Below, one piece after another: positions 21,637 to 31,139 of a stretch of 64,000 nt of DNA. Position 1 is the first letter of the stretch. Each line of letters opens with the position of its first letter. This DNA comes from a virus, in IMG/VR virus record IMGVR_UViG_3300025154_000061, positions 28,260 through 92,259 of that record, one strand, 5' to 3'. The notes under the pieces are model-generated. The model made no database searches, was not told where the DNA came from, and saw only the letters and a program-made list of their open reading frames with translations. A program made the position numbers and the translations under genes.

Positions 21637-23459
21637 AGACCTACCCCTCGCTCTTGCGCGCCGCGAAGATCGAAATGCACGGGGCCTTTCAGCCCCGCAA
21701 GATCGACGGGCTCTTCTCGGCCGACGACGTCGAGAAGATGCGCCAAGGCGGCCGCGACGCGGGCCGCCCCTCGGGGTGGGATCCCGCGCGCTACGAGCCG
21801 ATCAAGGTGTGGAACCCCGACAGCAACGACGCGACCTGCCCGGCCGCGCTGCGCGATCGCTTCGCCGAGTGGTTCGTGATCAAGGGCTTTCACCGCCTCG
21901 CGCTGGCGAGGGCGTGCGGGATCGAGTCGCTCGACGTGATCGTCTGCGCGGGCTCGTTCGACGAGGCGGTCGCCGCGAGCAAGCGCTCGAACTTCGAGAC
22001 GCGCGCGCTTCACCCGATCGACGAAGCCGCCGTCTATCGCGATCGCCTTGAAGCGGGCGACACGCCCGAGCAGATCTCGCGCGACCTCGACCGCCGCGCG
22101 CCCGCCTACTACCGCAAGCGGGCCGCCGTCGCCTACCTGTCGCCCTCGTTGATCGCCGACGTGCGCTCGGGGCTTCTGCGCCTCGACTACGCCGAGCACG
22201 TCGGCCGCGCCGCGCAAGTCGGGGCGAGCCCGGCCGCGCAGGTCGCGATCGCCTCGGTCGCTGCCCGAACTTCCATGCGCGCCGAGCTTTTCGGGCGTTA
22301 CGTCGACAAGGTGATCGCCGCAATTGCCGCCGCGAAACCGGGCGAAGACGTGGTCGACGTCGCCGCCCGCGAGGGGAAGACGCTTGATCTCTTCCCGCCG
22401 ACGTTCGACGCGGGGGTCGCTGCCGTCGAGTCGATCACGATCGGCGAGGCTCGACGCGAGAGCGTGCGCGACGGGTGGGCGTCGATCGGGCACGCCGCCC
22501 GAGCGCAGTTGAAGCGCCTCGAAACCGAGGGGGTTCCGCCCCCGCCCGCCCTTGGAAGGTTGATCGCCATGATCGATAAGCAGCGCGCAGGGGAAGACAG
22601 GGCGGTCGCCGCGAGCGTCGGGGCAACCGACACGCGCGAAGCGCTGCCGTTGATCAAGTGGGTCGGGTCGAAGCGCACCGAGGCCCCGACGCTCGCCGCG
22701 ATCATTCGCGCACGCCTGCGGCCCGGCGCCGAATACTTCGAGCCCTTCTTCGGATCGGGCTCGGTCTTCTTCGCCGTCGCCCCCGAAACCGCCGTGATCG
22801 GCGACGTGCTCGAACCCGTGGTAAACCTTTACAAGTCGACCCGAGACGACCCCCGCGCGGTCTTCGCCGCCATGCGGGCGATCGTCGAGAAGGGGCTCGA
22901 CAAGGCGTCGTTCCTCGCCGCCCGTGACGCCGACCCGCCCGCCGATCGCTTCGAGCGCGCGGGGTGGTTTCTCTACCTGAACCGCACGGGGTTCAACGGG
23001 CTGTGGCGCACGAACAAGTCGGGCAAGCTGAACGCCCCCTTCGGCACGCCGAAGACCGTCGCCGCCTTCCCGACGCTCGATCGCTTCGAGCGCTGCGCCG
23101 AGATTCTCTCGGGCGCCGTGCTCTACTGCGGCGACTACTCGAAGGGCGTCGCCCGCGCCAAGGCTGGCGACGTGGTCTTCGCCGACCCGCCCTACCCCGG
23201 CACGTTCAGCGACTACGCCAAGCGCACGGGGCCGATCGACTACGCCAAGCTCGCCGCCGACCTGCGCGCCGCGCACGATCGGGGGGCGCACGTCGTGACG
23301 ACCCTCGCCGCGAGCGAAGACCTCGACGCGCTCTTCTCGCCTTGGTGCTACCGCGTCGACCTTTCGCGCACCTCGAACGTCTCTTGCAAGGCGTCGACGA
23401 GGGGCGAGTTCAAGCAGGTCGTTTGGTGCTCGCACGAGCGAGAGGGGGCCGCCGAATGA
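21633..23459 (+). CDS. ParB-like domain fused to Dam-type (D12 class) DNA adenine methyltransferase
   Basis: N-terminal FQPR...VIKGFHRLALA...SN...LHPIDEA + HTH; C-terminal LIKWVGSKR, EPFFGSGSV, YLNRTGFNGL, DPPY. Confidence 0.85.
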   Translation: MKTYPSLLRAAKIEMHGAFQPRKIDGLFSADDVEKMRQGGRDAGRPSGWDPARYEPIKVWNPDSNDATCPAALRDRFAEWFVIKGFHRLALARACGIESLDVIVCAGSFDEAVAASKRSNFETRALHPIDEAAVYRDRLEAGDTPEQISRDLDRRAPAYYRKRAAVAYLSPSLIADVRSGLLRLDYAEHVGRAAQVGASPAAQVAIASVAARTSMRAELFGRYVDKVIAAIAAAKPGEDVVDVAAREGKTLDLFPPTFDAGVAAVESITIGEARRESVRDGWASIGHAARAQLKRLETEGVPPPPALGRLIAMIDKQRAGEDRAVAASVGATDTREALPLIKWVGSKRTEAPTLAAIIRARLRPGAEYFEPFFGSGSVFFAVAPETAVIGDVLEPVVNLYKSTRDDPRAVFAAMRAIVEKGLDKASFLAARDADPPADRFERAGWFLYLNRTGFNGLWRTNKSGKLNAPFGTPKTVAAFPTLDRFERCAEILSGAVLYCGDYSKGVARAKAGDVVFADPPYPGTFSDYAKRTGPIDYAKLAADLRAAHDRGAHVVTTLAASEDLDALFSPWCYRVDLSRTSNVSCKASTRGEFKQVVWCSHEREGAAE

Positions 23460-26356
23460 AGATCGAACGCGTGCGCCTCGACGGGATCACCCGCTACCGC
23501 AGGCCGATCGAACTCGCGCTTCCCGAGGGGGTCGTCGCGATCGTCGGGCCGAACGGGTGCCTACAGGGCGACGTAGAGATTTACGATCCAACGGACGGAT
23601 CGTCCGTCGCCGTTCGCGATCGTTACAATCGGGGCGTGCCGTTTCACGTATGGGCGTTAGGGCCGCATGGGGTCGTAACGACGGCCGCAATGCCCCCTTG
23701 CAAGTATCCGCCCGCTCAAATGCTGCGATTGCGGTTCGCGGACGGGAAGTCGATTACGGTGACTCCGGCGCACAAGTTTTGGAGCGGCGCCGAGTGGTTG
23801 ACAGCTTCCGCCATTTTTCAAGCCCTGCGAGAGAACGGGCGCGTCCGGCTGCCGTCCAGTTCGGCCGCTTACCTGTCAACTCATGCCGAAGATGATCTGC
23901 GTTGGTGCGAAATAATTCCAGATTCTCCGGGCGGTTGTCGGCGTGTTCCCCGTTGCGATGATGCACGACTTCTTCCGGCAGAAGTCGGCGCCCGAGAATC
24001 CGTTCCATTACGAGGCGATGCTCCCGAACTAGCCCTTTGCGATCTGCGTCGGGGTGATACGGAAGCCGTAGAAGAATGTAGCCGTCGGCGTCAATCACCC
24101 GACCGCCGCGCCACGACCCATTGCGAGCGCCCGGCGCTCCCCGGTCACGAATCGCTCCTCCGACGTTGCGGATTGCCTTCGCGATCCGGCTTTGATTCGA
24201 GTGCATTGACCGGGCGATCTCCGCGAGACTCGCCCCGCTCTCGTAGCGTGCAAGAGCTTCGCGCCTCCGCTCATCCGTCCAATTCTGACGCATCGACGCC
24301 CCCCGGGGTTATGGTTCCTTTCGAAACATACCCCGCGATTGACCCGTCGACAATCGAAATTGTCGCGGTTGGCGAGCTACCGTGCGAGCCTTACTACGAC
24401 TTCCACGTCCCGGTTCACCTAAACTATTGGGCCGCCGGGGTCTGGAATCACAACTCCGGCAAGACGACGCTTCTCGAATGCCTCGGCCCGGCCGTCTTCT
24501 TCCGCGAGTTGCCGACCCGCGAGCCCTCGGGAATCCAGAATTGGATCGGGCCGAAGGGCGGCCGGATCGAACTCGACTTCGTGCGGGGCTCGCGCCGCTA
24601 CGAAGCGATCGTCGAGATCGACGGGTCGGGCAGGCAAGCCGCGTTCCTGACGTGCGACGGGGTCAAGCTCGCGTCGGGCAAGGTGCGCGACTACGACGTC
24701 GAGATCGCGAAGGTGGTCGGCAACCGCGACGCCTTCTACGCCTCGGTCTTCGGGATGCAGGGCGGGGGCGGGCGCTTCGAGTCGCTCGAAGTCACCGACC
24801 GCAAGGCGATCTTTCGCTACTACCTCGGGCTCGACCGGGTCGACAAGGCGCACCGCGCCGCCCGCGCCCGCCTCGAAGCGCTCGACGTCTCGAAGATCGC
24901 CACGCTGCGCGCCGATCTCGAAGCCTGCGAGACGGCGATCGCCGAGGCCGAGGCCGACGTCAAGGCTGCGGTCTTCGCGGCCGACGCCGAGCGCGAGGTA
25001 AGTCGCAAGGCGCGCGCCAAGCTCGACGACCTGCTCGCGCTCTCGTCGACGGCCGAACTCGTCGACGCCTACGACACCGCTCTCGACGCGGCGGGCGAGG
25101 CGCAAGACGCGCTCACCGCCCTACCTGCCCGCCCGGCCGCCGCGCCTGCGCCGACGGGCGACAAGGGCGCCGCTACGATCGCCTTAGAGGCCGCGAGGAA
25201 GAAGAACGAGGGCTACCTCGTCAAGAGCGCCGAGATCGCCCGCGTCGGCTCTTCGCTGGCGACGGCGAACGCCGACCTCGTGCGGGCGAACAAGGCGACC
25301 GAGCGTCTCGCGCGCGTGCCGTGCAAGGGCGAGGGCGCCTTCGCCGGGTGCGAGTTGCTGCGCGACGCGATCGCCGCGCGCGAATCGATCGCTGCGCTGC
25401 GCGACGTGTGCGCCAAGGCCGAGCAGGCGCACGAGACGTTGAAGGTCGAGGTCGCCGCGCTCGTCGTGCCCCGCGAGAAGCTCGACGCACTGCGCGCCAA
25501 GGTCGCCGAGGCCGAGCGGGAACTTGAAGCGCACCGCCTCGGGGCCGAGCGCTGCCGCGCCTACGACGAGAAGCGCGATCGACTGAACCGTGCGCTCGCT
25601 GACGCGAAGAGGCAGGCCGCCGCGCTGCGTGCCCGGCTGCCGAAGGTGATCGACGACGTGCCGTCGCTGGCGCAGATCGACGCCGCTCGCGAGGCGAGCG
25701 CCGCCGCGAGTGCCGCCTACGAGAAGGCGATCCGCGAGCACGAGGCGGGCGTCGCTGCGTTCGGCGGCGCCCTCGATCGCAAGGCCGGGATCGAGAAGGC
25801 CCTCGCCGCCGAGGAAGCTCGCGCCGCCGACGCGCCCGCGCTCGAACTGCTCGCCCGCGCTCTCGGGGCGAACGGGATCCAAGCCTACGAGATCGACGCC
25901 GCAGGCCCCCGCGTCTCGGCCCTCGCGAACTCGCTCTTGCATGCCTGCTACGGGCCGCGCTTCGACGTCGAGGTGCGCACGACGAAGGCGTTGAAGAGTG
26001 GCAAGGGCGAGAAGGAAGACTTCGACGTCGTCGTCTACGACAACGACAGCGGGATCGAGAACACGATCGCCGGGCTGTCGGGGGGCGAGAAGGTGATCGT
26101 CGACGAGGCGCTTCGGCTGTCGCTCGTGATCTTCGCCGACGAGCGCCTCTCGGTTCCGTTCCGGGTGCTCTACCGCGACGAGACGATCGGCGGGCTCACC
26201 CGGGACAACCGCGCCGCCTATGCGCGAATGCTTCACCGCGCCCGCGATCTCGGCGACTTCGGGCAGATCTTCCAAGTGACCCACGACGAAGAGTCGAGCG
26301 AGAGCGCCGATGTCGTGATCGCGATCGACGAGTCGGGCAATGTCTCGGTCGCATGA
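23456..26356 (+). CDS. sbcC: SbcC/Rad50-like SMC ATPase, intein-containing
   Basis: GPNG/[intein]/SGKTT Walker A, Q-loop MQG, coiled coil, LSGGE, DE, QVTH. Confidence 0.92.
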   Translation: MKIERVRLDGITRYRRPIELALPEGVVAIVGPNGCLQGDVEIYDPTDGSSVAVRDRYNRGVPFHVWALGPHGVVTTAAMPPCKYPPAQMLRLRFADGKSITVTPAHKFWSGAEWLTASAIFQALRENGRVRLPSSSAAYLSTHAEDDLRWCEIIPDSPGGCRRVPRCDDARLLPAEVGARESVPLRGDAPELALCDLRRGDTEAVEECSRRRQSPDRRATTHCERPALPGHESLLRRCGLPSRSGFDSSALTGRSPRDSPRSRSVQELRASAHPSNSDASTPPGVMVPFETYPAIDPSTIEIVAVGELPCEPYYDFHVPVHLNYWAAGVWNHNSGKTTLLECLGPAVFFRELPTREPSGIQNWIGPKGGRIELDFVRGSRRYEAIVEIDGSGRQAAFLTCDGVKLASGKVRDYDVEIAKVVGNRDAFYASVFGMQGGGGRFESLEVTDRKAIFRYYLGLDRVDKAHRAARARLEALDVSKIATLRADLEACETAIAEAEADVKAAVFAADAEREVSRKARAKLDDLLALSSTAELVDAYDTALDAAGEAQDALTALPARPAAAPAPTGDKGAATIALEAARKKNEGYLVKSAEIARVGSSLATANADLVRANKATERLARVPCKGEGAFAGCELLRDAIAARESIAALRDVCAKAEQAHETLKVEVAALVVPREKLDALRAKVAEAERELEAHRLGAERCRAYDEKRDRLNRALADAKRQAAALRARLPKVIDDVPSLAQIDAAREASAAASAAYEKAIREHEAGVAAFGGALDRKAGIEKALAAEEARAADAPALELLARALGANGIQAYEIDAAGPRVSALANSLLHACYGPRFDVEVRTTKALKSGKGEKEDFDVVVYDNDSGIENTIAGLSGGEKVIVDEALRLSLVIFADERLSVPFRVLYRDETIGGLTRDNRAAYARMLHRARDLGDFGQIFQVTHDEESSESADVVIAIDESGNVSVA
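23754..24293 (-). CDS. HNH homing endonuclease with N-terminal HTH, antisense inside the SbcC intein
   Basis: WRGGRVIDADGYILLRLPYHP...VREHRLVMERILGRRLLPEEVVHHRNGEHADNRPENLELF; G-run RBS upstream of ATG. Confidence 0.88.
   Translation of the reverse strand: MRQNWTDERRREALARYESGASLAEIARSMHSNQSRIAKAIRNVGGAIRDRGAPGARNGSWRGGRVIDADGYILLRLPYHPDADRKGLVREHRLVMERILGRRLLPEEVVHHRNGEHADNRPENLELFRTNADHLRHELTGKRPNWTAAGRARSLAGLEKWRKLSTTRRRSKTCAPESP
24325..24353 (-). promoter_or_regulatory. Sigma70-like promoter for the antisense HNH gene
   Basis: Minus strand TTGTCG-17-TATGTT, about 30 nt upstream of ATG24293. Confidence 0.55.
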
Positions 26357-27359
26357 CCTCGCCGCCGCCAACGCCGAGAGCGCGAGGCGCTACGATTGGA
26401 CGCCTCGCGACTTCGGCGCGCTCGACTTCGACGACGTGCTCGCCGAGAAGGTGCGCGCGTTTCAGCGCGATCGCCTGCTCGACGAGACGGGCTTCGTCGA
26501 CGCCCGCACGTTCAAGGCGTTCCTGCAATGGCAGGTCGCCTACGACGACGGCTCGAAGGATCGCGAGCGCGAGGCGAACCCGCCGCCCGTCGCCGACGTC
26601 AGCGTCTATCCCGACAACGATCCGCGAGTGCTCGCGACGCGCGTCTTCCGCGCGTCGAACTGCGTCGTCTCGGCTCTCGATCCCGCGATCTGCGACGTGC
26701 TGACGGGCTGCGGAAAGAGGGCGAACGTGATCACCTCGCCCCGTGCGTGGGAAGGGGCCGCCCGCGCGTTCGAGGGCGCGCCCCTCGTCGACGTAGGGGC
26801 CGCGCTCTCGACCCGCATCCTAGACGAAGGTCGAGCGTCAGGCGCCAAGGGTTGCGCGTTCGCCGTCTTCGCCCTCTCGTCGGCCGACTTCGACACGAAC
26901 GAGCGCGCGCCGACGTGGGCGGGCGACACCGTCGCGCGAATCAAGGCGCTCGTCGGCGACGTGCCCGTCGGCGTGCTCACTGCGATCTGCGTGCGTGACG
27001 CCCGCCGCGTTGAACGTCGCCGCGCGTGGGCTCGGCTCGCCGCGTTCGACGCCGCGCTGCCCCTCGTGCCCGGCCCCTATACCGGGGTCGAGACTGCGAC
27101 GGGGCTCGCCTCGTTCGAGTGGGCGATCTATGGGCAGATCCGCGCGCCGTTTCAATTCCCCGTCTACGCTGGCCCCGCGAACGCCCCGATCGAGCAGCAA
27201 GAGCAAGAGCTTTTCCGTCTGCGCGATTGGCTTGCCCGGTGGGGGTTTCGGGGTTACGGTGCCCGGGTGTCGAGCGATAGGCTAGTCAAAGCCCTTGTCG
27301 GGGACGTCCCCCGCGAGGTGGTTCGGATCGACGTGCGCCGTGAAGGCGCCCAAGACTGA
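26340..27359 (+). CDS. Protein with N-terminal peptidoglycan-binding-like domain
   Basis: VRAFQRDRLLDETGFVDARTFKAF resembles PG_binding_1. Confidence 0.55.
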   Translation: MSRSHDLAAANAESARRYDWTPRDFGALDFDDVLAEKVRAFQRDRLLDETGFVDARTFKAFLQWQVAYDDGSKDREREANPPPVADVSVYPDNDPRVLATRVFRASNCVVSALDPAICDVLTGCGKRANVITSPRAWEGAARAFEGAPLVDVGAALSTRILDEGRASGAKGCAFAVFALSSADFDTNERAPTWAGDTVARIKALVGDVPVGVLTAICVRDARRVERRRAWARLAAFDAALPLVPGPYTGVETATGLASFEWAIYGQIRAPFQFPVYAGPANAPIEQQEQELFRLRDWLARWGFRGYGARVSSDRLVKALVGDVPREVVRIDVRREGAQD

Positions 27360-27369
27360 GGGGGATCCC

Positions 27370-27861
27370 ATGTTGGTATTCATGCAGCCCAACGTGATCG
27401 ACGCGATCAAGTCGTGCGTCGGGAAGGTGGTCGTGATCGAGACGGCCGAGGGTGTGACGCGCCGGGGCAAGCTGACGCAGATCCGCACGCGGGCGATCAA
27501 CGTCGGGGTGCGCACGGGCGAGCCCCGCGAGTTCGTGCCCGGCATTCGCGCGACTCGCTCGCGCGACTTCAACTTCCCGATCGAGTTCATCCTCGACGGC
27601 GACGCGGCCGATCCGATCCCGTTCGCGACCTGCTCGCGCTTCGACGTCGACGGGGTCGCCGAGAAGATCGACGTCGTCGCCGAACTCGCCGAGATCGAGA
27701 AGGCCGAGAAGAAGGGCGCCGAGCCCGCGAAGAAGCCCGCGCCCGAGGCGCCCGCCAAGGCCGAGCCCAAGACGTCGGCCGTCGACGACGCCTTCCCCGA
27801 TCCACCCCCGGCCGAGGGCAAGAAGGGCGTGGGCGCGACGCCCAAGGCGCCCAAGGCGTAG
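27370..27861 (+). CDS. Hypothetical protein with K/P/A-rich tail
   Basis: GAGGGGG RBS; typical codon usage. Confidence 0.65.
   Translation: MLVFMQPNVIDAIKSCVGKVVVIETAEGVTRRGKLTQIRTRAINVGVRTGEPREFVPGIRATRSRDFNFPIEFILDGDAADPIPFATCSRFDVDGVAEKIDVVAELAEIEKAEKKGAEPAKKPAPEAPAKAEPKTSAVDDAFPDPPPAEGKKGVGATPKAPKA
27835..27860 (+). promoter_or_regulatory. GCGACG-N16-CGTA putative phage promoter
   Basis: Exact motif followed by GAA. Confidence 0.7.
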
Positions 27862-27899
27862 AAGGGGCGAACGCACCAACGCAACGACAGGGGGCGAAC

Positions 27900-28445
27900 G
27901 TGGGCGAAGAGCAGAGGGCAACGCAGGCGGCGGGGCGCAAGCTCGTGATCGCGGATCTCGGGCTCGTGAACCGGGCGATCTCGGCCGCCTTCAAGGCGGG
28001 CAGCGACTACAAGCTGCTCGAAGTGGGCGCGCGCTTGCAGGAAGACAAGCGGCTTCCGCCGAAAGACGTGCTCTTGCAGCGCGCCATGAACCAAGCGGGG
28101 ATCCCGAACGGGCTGCCCGTCTTCGACGTGGCGTCGGGGGCCGACCCCGCGACGGTGGCGCTGCGCGTCAAGCACGAGGTCGCCGAGGGCGAGGGGCGCC
28201 CGACGCCCACGATCGGCGACTACCTGCGCCGGGCTCGCGCCGGGCGGCCGCAGGGCGAGATCGCCAAGGCGGCCGGGATCTCGGTCGAGACGCTCGCGCG
28301 CTACGAGAGCGACGGCGTCGCGCAGAAGGGCGAGATCCTGGCCAAGATCGGCGACGCCCTCGGGGTGCCGAAGGCGCACGCCGCCCTTTGGATCAAGCTC
28401 GCCGACGCGACCAAGGGCGCCAAGACCCCCGCTGCCGCCGCCTGA
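27900..28445 (+). CDS. XRE-family HTH protein
   Basis: IGDYLRRARAGRPQGEIAKAAGISVETLARYES...LAKIGDALGV. Confidence 0.75.
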   Translation: MGEEQRATQAAGRKLVIADLGLVNRAISAAFKAGSDYKLLEVGARLQEDKRLPPKDVLLQRAMNQAGIPNGLPVFDVASGADPATVALRVKHEVAEGEGRPTPTIGDYLRRARAGRPQGEIAKAAGISVETLARYESDGVAQKGEILAKIGDALGVPKAHAALWIKLADATKGAKTPAAAA

Positions 28446-28520
28446 CCCGTCCCCGGGGCTGCCTGCGTTGGGGCGGGCGCTCCGGGGGCTTGGGTCTTCG
28501 CCTCGTCGAAAGGCCCGCCT

Positions 28521-28997
28521 ATGACTTCGATTGTCGTTTCAATCCTCGCCGCCCTCGCGCTGCAACCGACGAGCAAGATCTCGAAGCCCGAGGCCGTCGC
28601 CTTCGCGATCGTGGCGCACGTCTGCGCCTGCCTTCATGACGTGCCGCCCGTCGAAGCGATCGCGAACGCCTACGTCGAGAGCCGCTTCGACAACGCCGCC
28701 GAGGCCGGGCACGGTCGGGGGCGCTTCCAAGTTCTCTGCGGCCCGGGTCGGCGTTGGTGCTCGCCGTTGGTTTGGGCGTTCAAGCTCGACGTGCGCGGCC
28801 CGATCCTGAACGCCTACGAAGGGGCGCGTCGCATGGGCGCGTTCTTGCACGACTGGCGCCCGGCCGTGCGCGCCCGCTACCTTTGCCACTACAACGCGGG
28901 CTCGCGCTGCGACGCCGACGGGCGCCGCCACGAAAGGCGCGTGAAGGCCGTTCTCGCGAGGCTCGCCGATCGCCTGCCCGATTCCCGCGCCTTCTGA
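28521..28997 (+). CDS. Lytic transglycosylase (SLT-like)
   Basis: Hydrophobic N-terminus; YVESRF, GRFQV, CHYNAG. Confidence 0.65.
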   Translation: MTSIVVSILAALALQPTSKISKPEAVAFAIVAHVCACLHDVPPVEAIANAYVESRFDNAAEAGHGRGRFQVLCGPGRRWCSPLVWAFKLDVRGPILNAYEGARRMGAFLHDWRPAVRARYLCHYNAGSRCDADGRRHERRVKAVLARLADRLPDSRAF

Positions 28998-29004
28998 CCT
29001 GCGA

Positions 29005-29030
29005 GCGACGCACGGGCACGCCGACGCGTA
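29005..29030 (+). promoter_or_regulatory. GCGACG-N16-CGTA putative phage promoter
   Basis: Exact motif. Confidence 0.7.
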
Positions 29031-29059
29031 GAACCGGGCGAACAAGCAAGGGGTCGAGA

Positions 29060-29914
29060 ATGTCGAAGCCCGTTCCGCCCGAATTCAAAGAGAGCGTGCT
29101 CGGTCTGCTCGTCGACCGGATCAAGGCGGCCCGGCCCGAGGTCGTGGTCGTGGGGGTCGTCGACGCGACCTACAAGTCGCCCGTCTGCTCGATCGTCTTC
29201 GACGCCGACCCGCTCGATCCCGAGGGCACGACCCGCAAGACGATCGCGCAGGCCGAACAAGACAACGCGCCCGGCCCGATCGCGTTCGACCTGGGCTTCG
29301 CCAAGCCCTACGGCAGCGACAAGACGAAGGTCACGCTTCATTCGCGCAAGTGGTCGTTCGGCGCCGACGAGTCGAAGACGTTGACGCAGAGGCGCGACGG
29401 CGACTTCAACCTCTCGCTCGGCGCGGTGTGGGTGCTCGACGTGCTCGACGACGTCAAGCGCTGCCGCCTCGCCAAGAAGAAGGCGGCCGAGGATCGCGCC
29501 GTGATCGTCGAGGCGGTCTTCGAGAAGCTCGGCTCGAAGTTCTGCGACCCCTCGACGGGCGCGCCCTTCGCCCGCCGCGAAGACGGCACGGCCCCGGGTT
29601 CCTACCGTATGAACGCCGCGAGCGATCGAACGCGCCTCGACGTCGTGCGCGTCGACCCTTCGGGCGTCGACATTCCCTGCGTCAAGATCGAGGCCGTGCT
29701 TCACGGGGTGCCCCTCGACGCCGCCGAGCGCATCTTGCGCCGCCTCGTGCTCGAAGGCTTCGTCGACGAGGCGCCGCGCTGCCCGCCGAACGAGGTCTTG
29801 CGCAAGGCGTTCGCGCACGCCGACGCGACCCACGAAGAGCGCCTCGCCGAGCACGACGCCGCGTTCCTGCCCGGGGTCGACGCGCGGCCCGACCTCACCG
29901 ACCCGCGCGAATAG
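29060..29914 (+). CDS. Hypothetical protein
   Basis: RBS, promoter motif, codon usage. Confidence 0.65.
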   Translation: MSKPVPPEFKESVLGLLVDRIKAARPEVVVVGVVDATYKSPVCSIVFDADPLDPEGTTRKTIAQAEQDNAPGPIAFDLGFAKPYGSDKTKVTLHSRKWSFGADESKTLTQRRDGDFNLSLGAVWVLDVLDDVKRCRLAKKKAAEDRAVIVEAVFEKLGSKFCDPSTGAPFARREDGTAPGSYRMNAASDRTRLDVVRVDPSGVDIPCVKIEAVLHGVPLDAAERILRRLVLEGFVDEAPRCPPNEVLRKAFAHADATHEERLAEHDAAFLPGVDARPDLTDPRE

Positions 29915-29923
29915 GGGCGACCC

Positions 29924-30463
29924 ATGACGACGACCACGACAGCGCCCGAGACGGGCGCCGAAGAAGCGCTCGGTTGGCTTGGCGGCGACGCCGCCCGCCT
30001 GACCGCGCTCGCGAAGCGCTGCGCCCGCATCGTCGACAAGCTCGCCCCGATCGGCGACGAACTGCGCACGCAAGACAACCTCGGCACGAGCGATCCCGTC
30101 TTCATCGTTCAGCAGAAGCGCCGGATCTATGGCGGCGACGAGGGCTACGGCGATCACGTTTGGGTCAACGACGGGTGCGAGGCCGACGAGGAAGATCACA
30201 AGCGCTTCGACGAACTCGACCGGAACTTCGACGAGATCCCCGAGGGGTGGTCGCGCCTCGACTACGTCGACGTCTTCGACTTCGTGCGTGCGTGCTTCAC
30301 CCGCAAGGCGGCCGAGCGCTACCTCGAAGAGAATCGCCACAACCTGACCGAGCCCCGGATCTGGACCGACACCGCCTATCGCAATCGCGAATGGATCGAA
30401 CTGCGGGCGCTCTTCGTCGAGTGCTCGCAGATCGTCGAGGAAGAGCGGGGCCGCCCGCTATGA
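29924..30463 (+). CDS. Ead/Ea22-like phage protein
   Basis: TQDNLGTSDPVFIV...ACFTRKAAERYLEENRHNL...RNREW; family recalled from memory. Confidence 0.55.
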   Translation: MTTTTTAPETGAEEALGWLGGDAARLTALAKRCARIVDKLAPIGDELRTQDNLGTSDPVFIVQQKRRIYGGDEGYGDHVWVNDGCEADEEDHKRFDELDRNFDEIPEGWSRLDYVDVFDFVRACFTRKAAERYLEENRHNLTEPRIWTDTAYRNREWIELRALFVECSQIVEEERGRPL

Positions 30464-30675
30464 CGCTCGCGACCTGCAACCCCGCGCTCGCGACGGCCGT
30501 CGGTGCGGCGGTAGGGCTGGCGCTCTTTCTCGCTGCGATCGGCCTCGGCGCGCTCGTGCGTGGGCTCGTGCGGGATCGTGAGTTCCGACGTTGGGCGCTG
30601 CGCGAGAGCGCCGAGATCGCAGCATGGATCGCCCTCACCCTATCCGCGCTCGCCCTTCTTCGGTCGTGCGCATGA
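30460..30675 (+). CDS. Small membrane protein (two predicted TM segments)
   Basis: Two hydrophobic stretches; ATGA-coupled. Confidence 0.55.
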   Translation: MTLATCNPALATAVGAAVGLALFLAAIGLGALVRGLVRDREFRRWALRESAEIAAWIALTLSALALLRSCA

Positions 30676-30935
30676 CGACCAAGGCCGAGGCCCGCGTAGG
30701 CGAGATCGTGGTTGCCGCCATGCGCGCGATCGCGGCCCGGGGCGACCGGGCGATCGTCTTCGTGACGCAGGGGCGCCGCGTCGAGAGCGATCTCGCGCCC
30801 GTCGTGGCGCGCGGGATCGACGACGTGCGCTTCGCCGAGGCCGTGCTCGTGCTGTCGGCGAACGGCTCGTCGATCGTCGTCGCCAAGAACAACCACGGGC
30901 GCCCCGAGGCGATCCCGCTCGACGAGCAATCGTGA
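30672..30935 (+). CDS. Hypothetical protein
   Basis: ATGA-coupled. Confidence 0.5.
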   Translation: MTTKAEARVGEIVVAAMRAIAARGDRAIVFVTQGRRVESDLAPVVARGIDDVRFAEAVLVLSANGSSIVVAKNNHGRPEAIPLDEQS

Positions 30936-31111
30936 ACCGCGCCGACGACCTCGCCCTCGTGCTCGAAGTCTTCGCCGTGCGTTGGGTCGGGCAGACCTGC
31001 GCCCGCCTCGCTGGCGCGCAGACGTGGGCCTACGACCTCGACGTTCGCGAAGTGGGCTACCTCGCCCGGGTCGTGACGTTGATCGCGACGCCTGCCCCGC
31101 CTGACGCGTAG
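30932..31111 (+). CDS. Hypothetical protein
   Basis: GTGA-coupled. Confidence 0.45.
   Translation: MNRADDLALVLEVFAVRWVGQTCARLAGAQTWAYDLDVREVGYLARVVTLIATPAPPDA
31085..31110 (+). promoter_or_regulatory. GCGACG-N16-CGTA putative phage promoter
   Basis: Exact motif. Confidence 0.7.
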
Positions 31112-31139
31112 AAGGGGCGAACGCTTCGAGGGGATCGCC

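Larger units (their letters stand above)
23558..24454 (+). mobile_element. 299-aa intein in the SbcC P-loop
   Basis: Starts CLQGDVEIYDP; block B ITVTPAHKFW; ends YYDFHVPVHLNYWAAGVWNHN/S; removal restores GPNGSGKT. Confidence 0.93.

Noticed and set aside
15811-23435. Very long antisense ORFs (e.g. 15811-17238, 21162-23435) and similar ones elsewhere
   Set aside because: Expected from GC-biased codon usage; unlike the two nested nucleases they show no family motifs or expression signals.
22964-23455. N-terminal extensions in the ORF track (SbcC from 22964, RecA from 15792, DnaB from 2784)
   Set aside because: They overlap real upstream genes; starts were reassigned using RBS and stop/start coupling.
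23558-24454. Group I intron explanation for the SbcC and helicase inserts
   Set aside because: Inserts keep the frame and carry intein splicing residues (Cys1, TxxH, HN followed by S/C).
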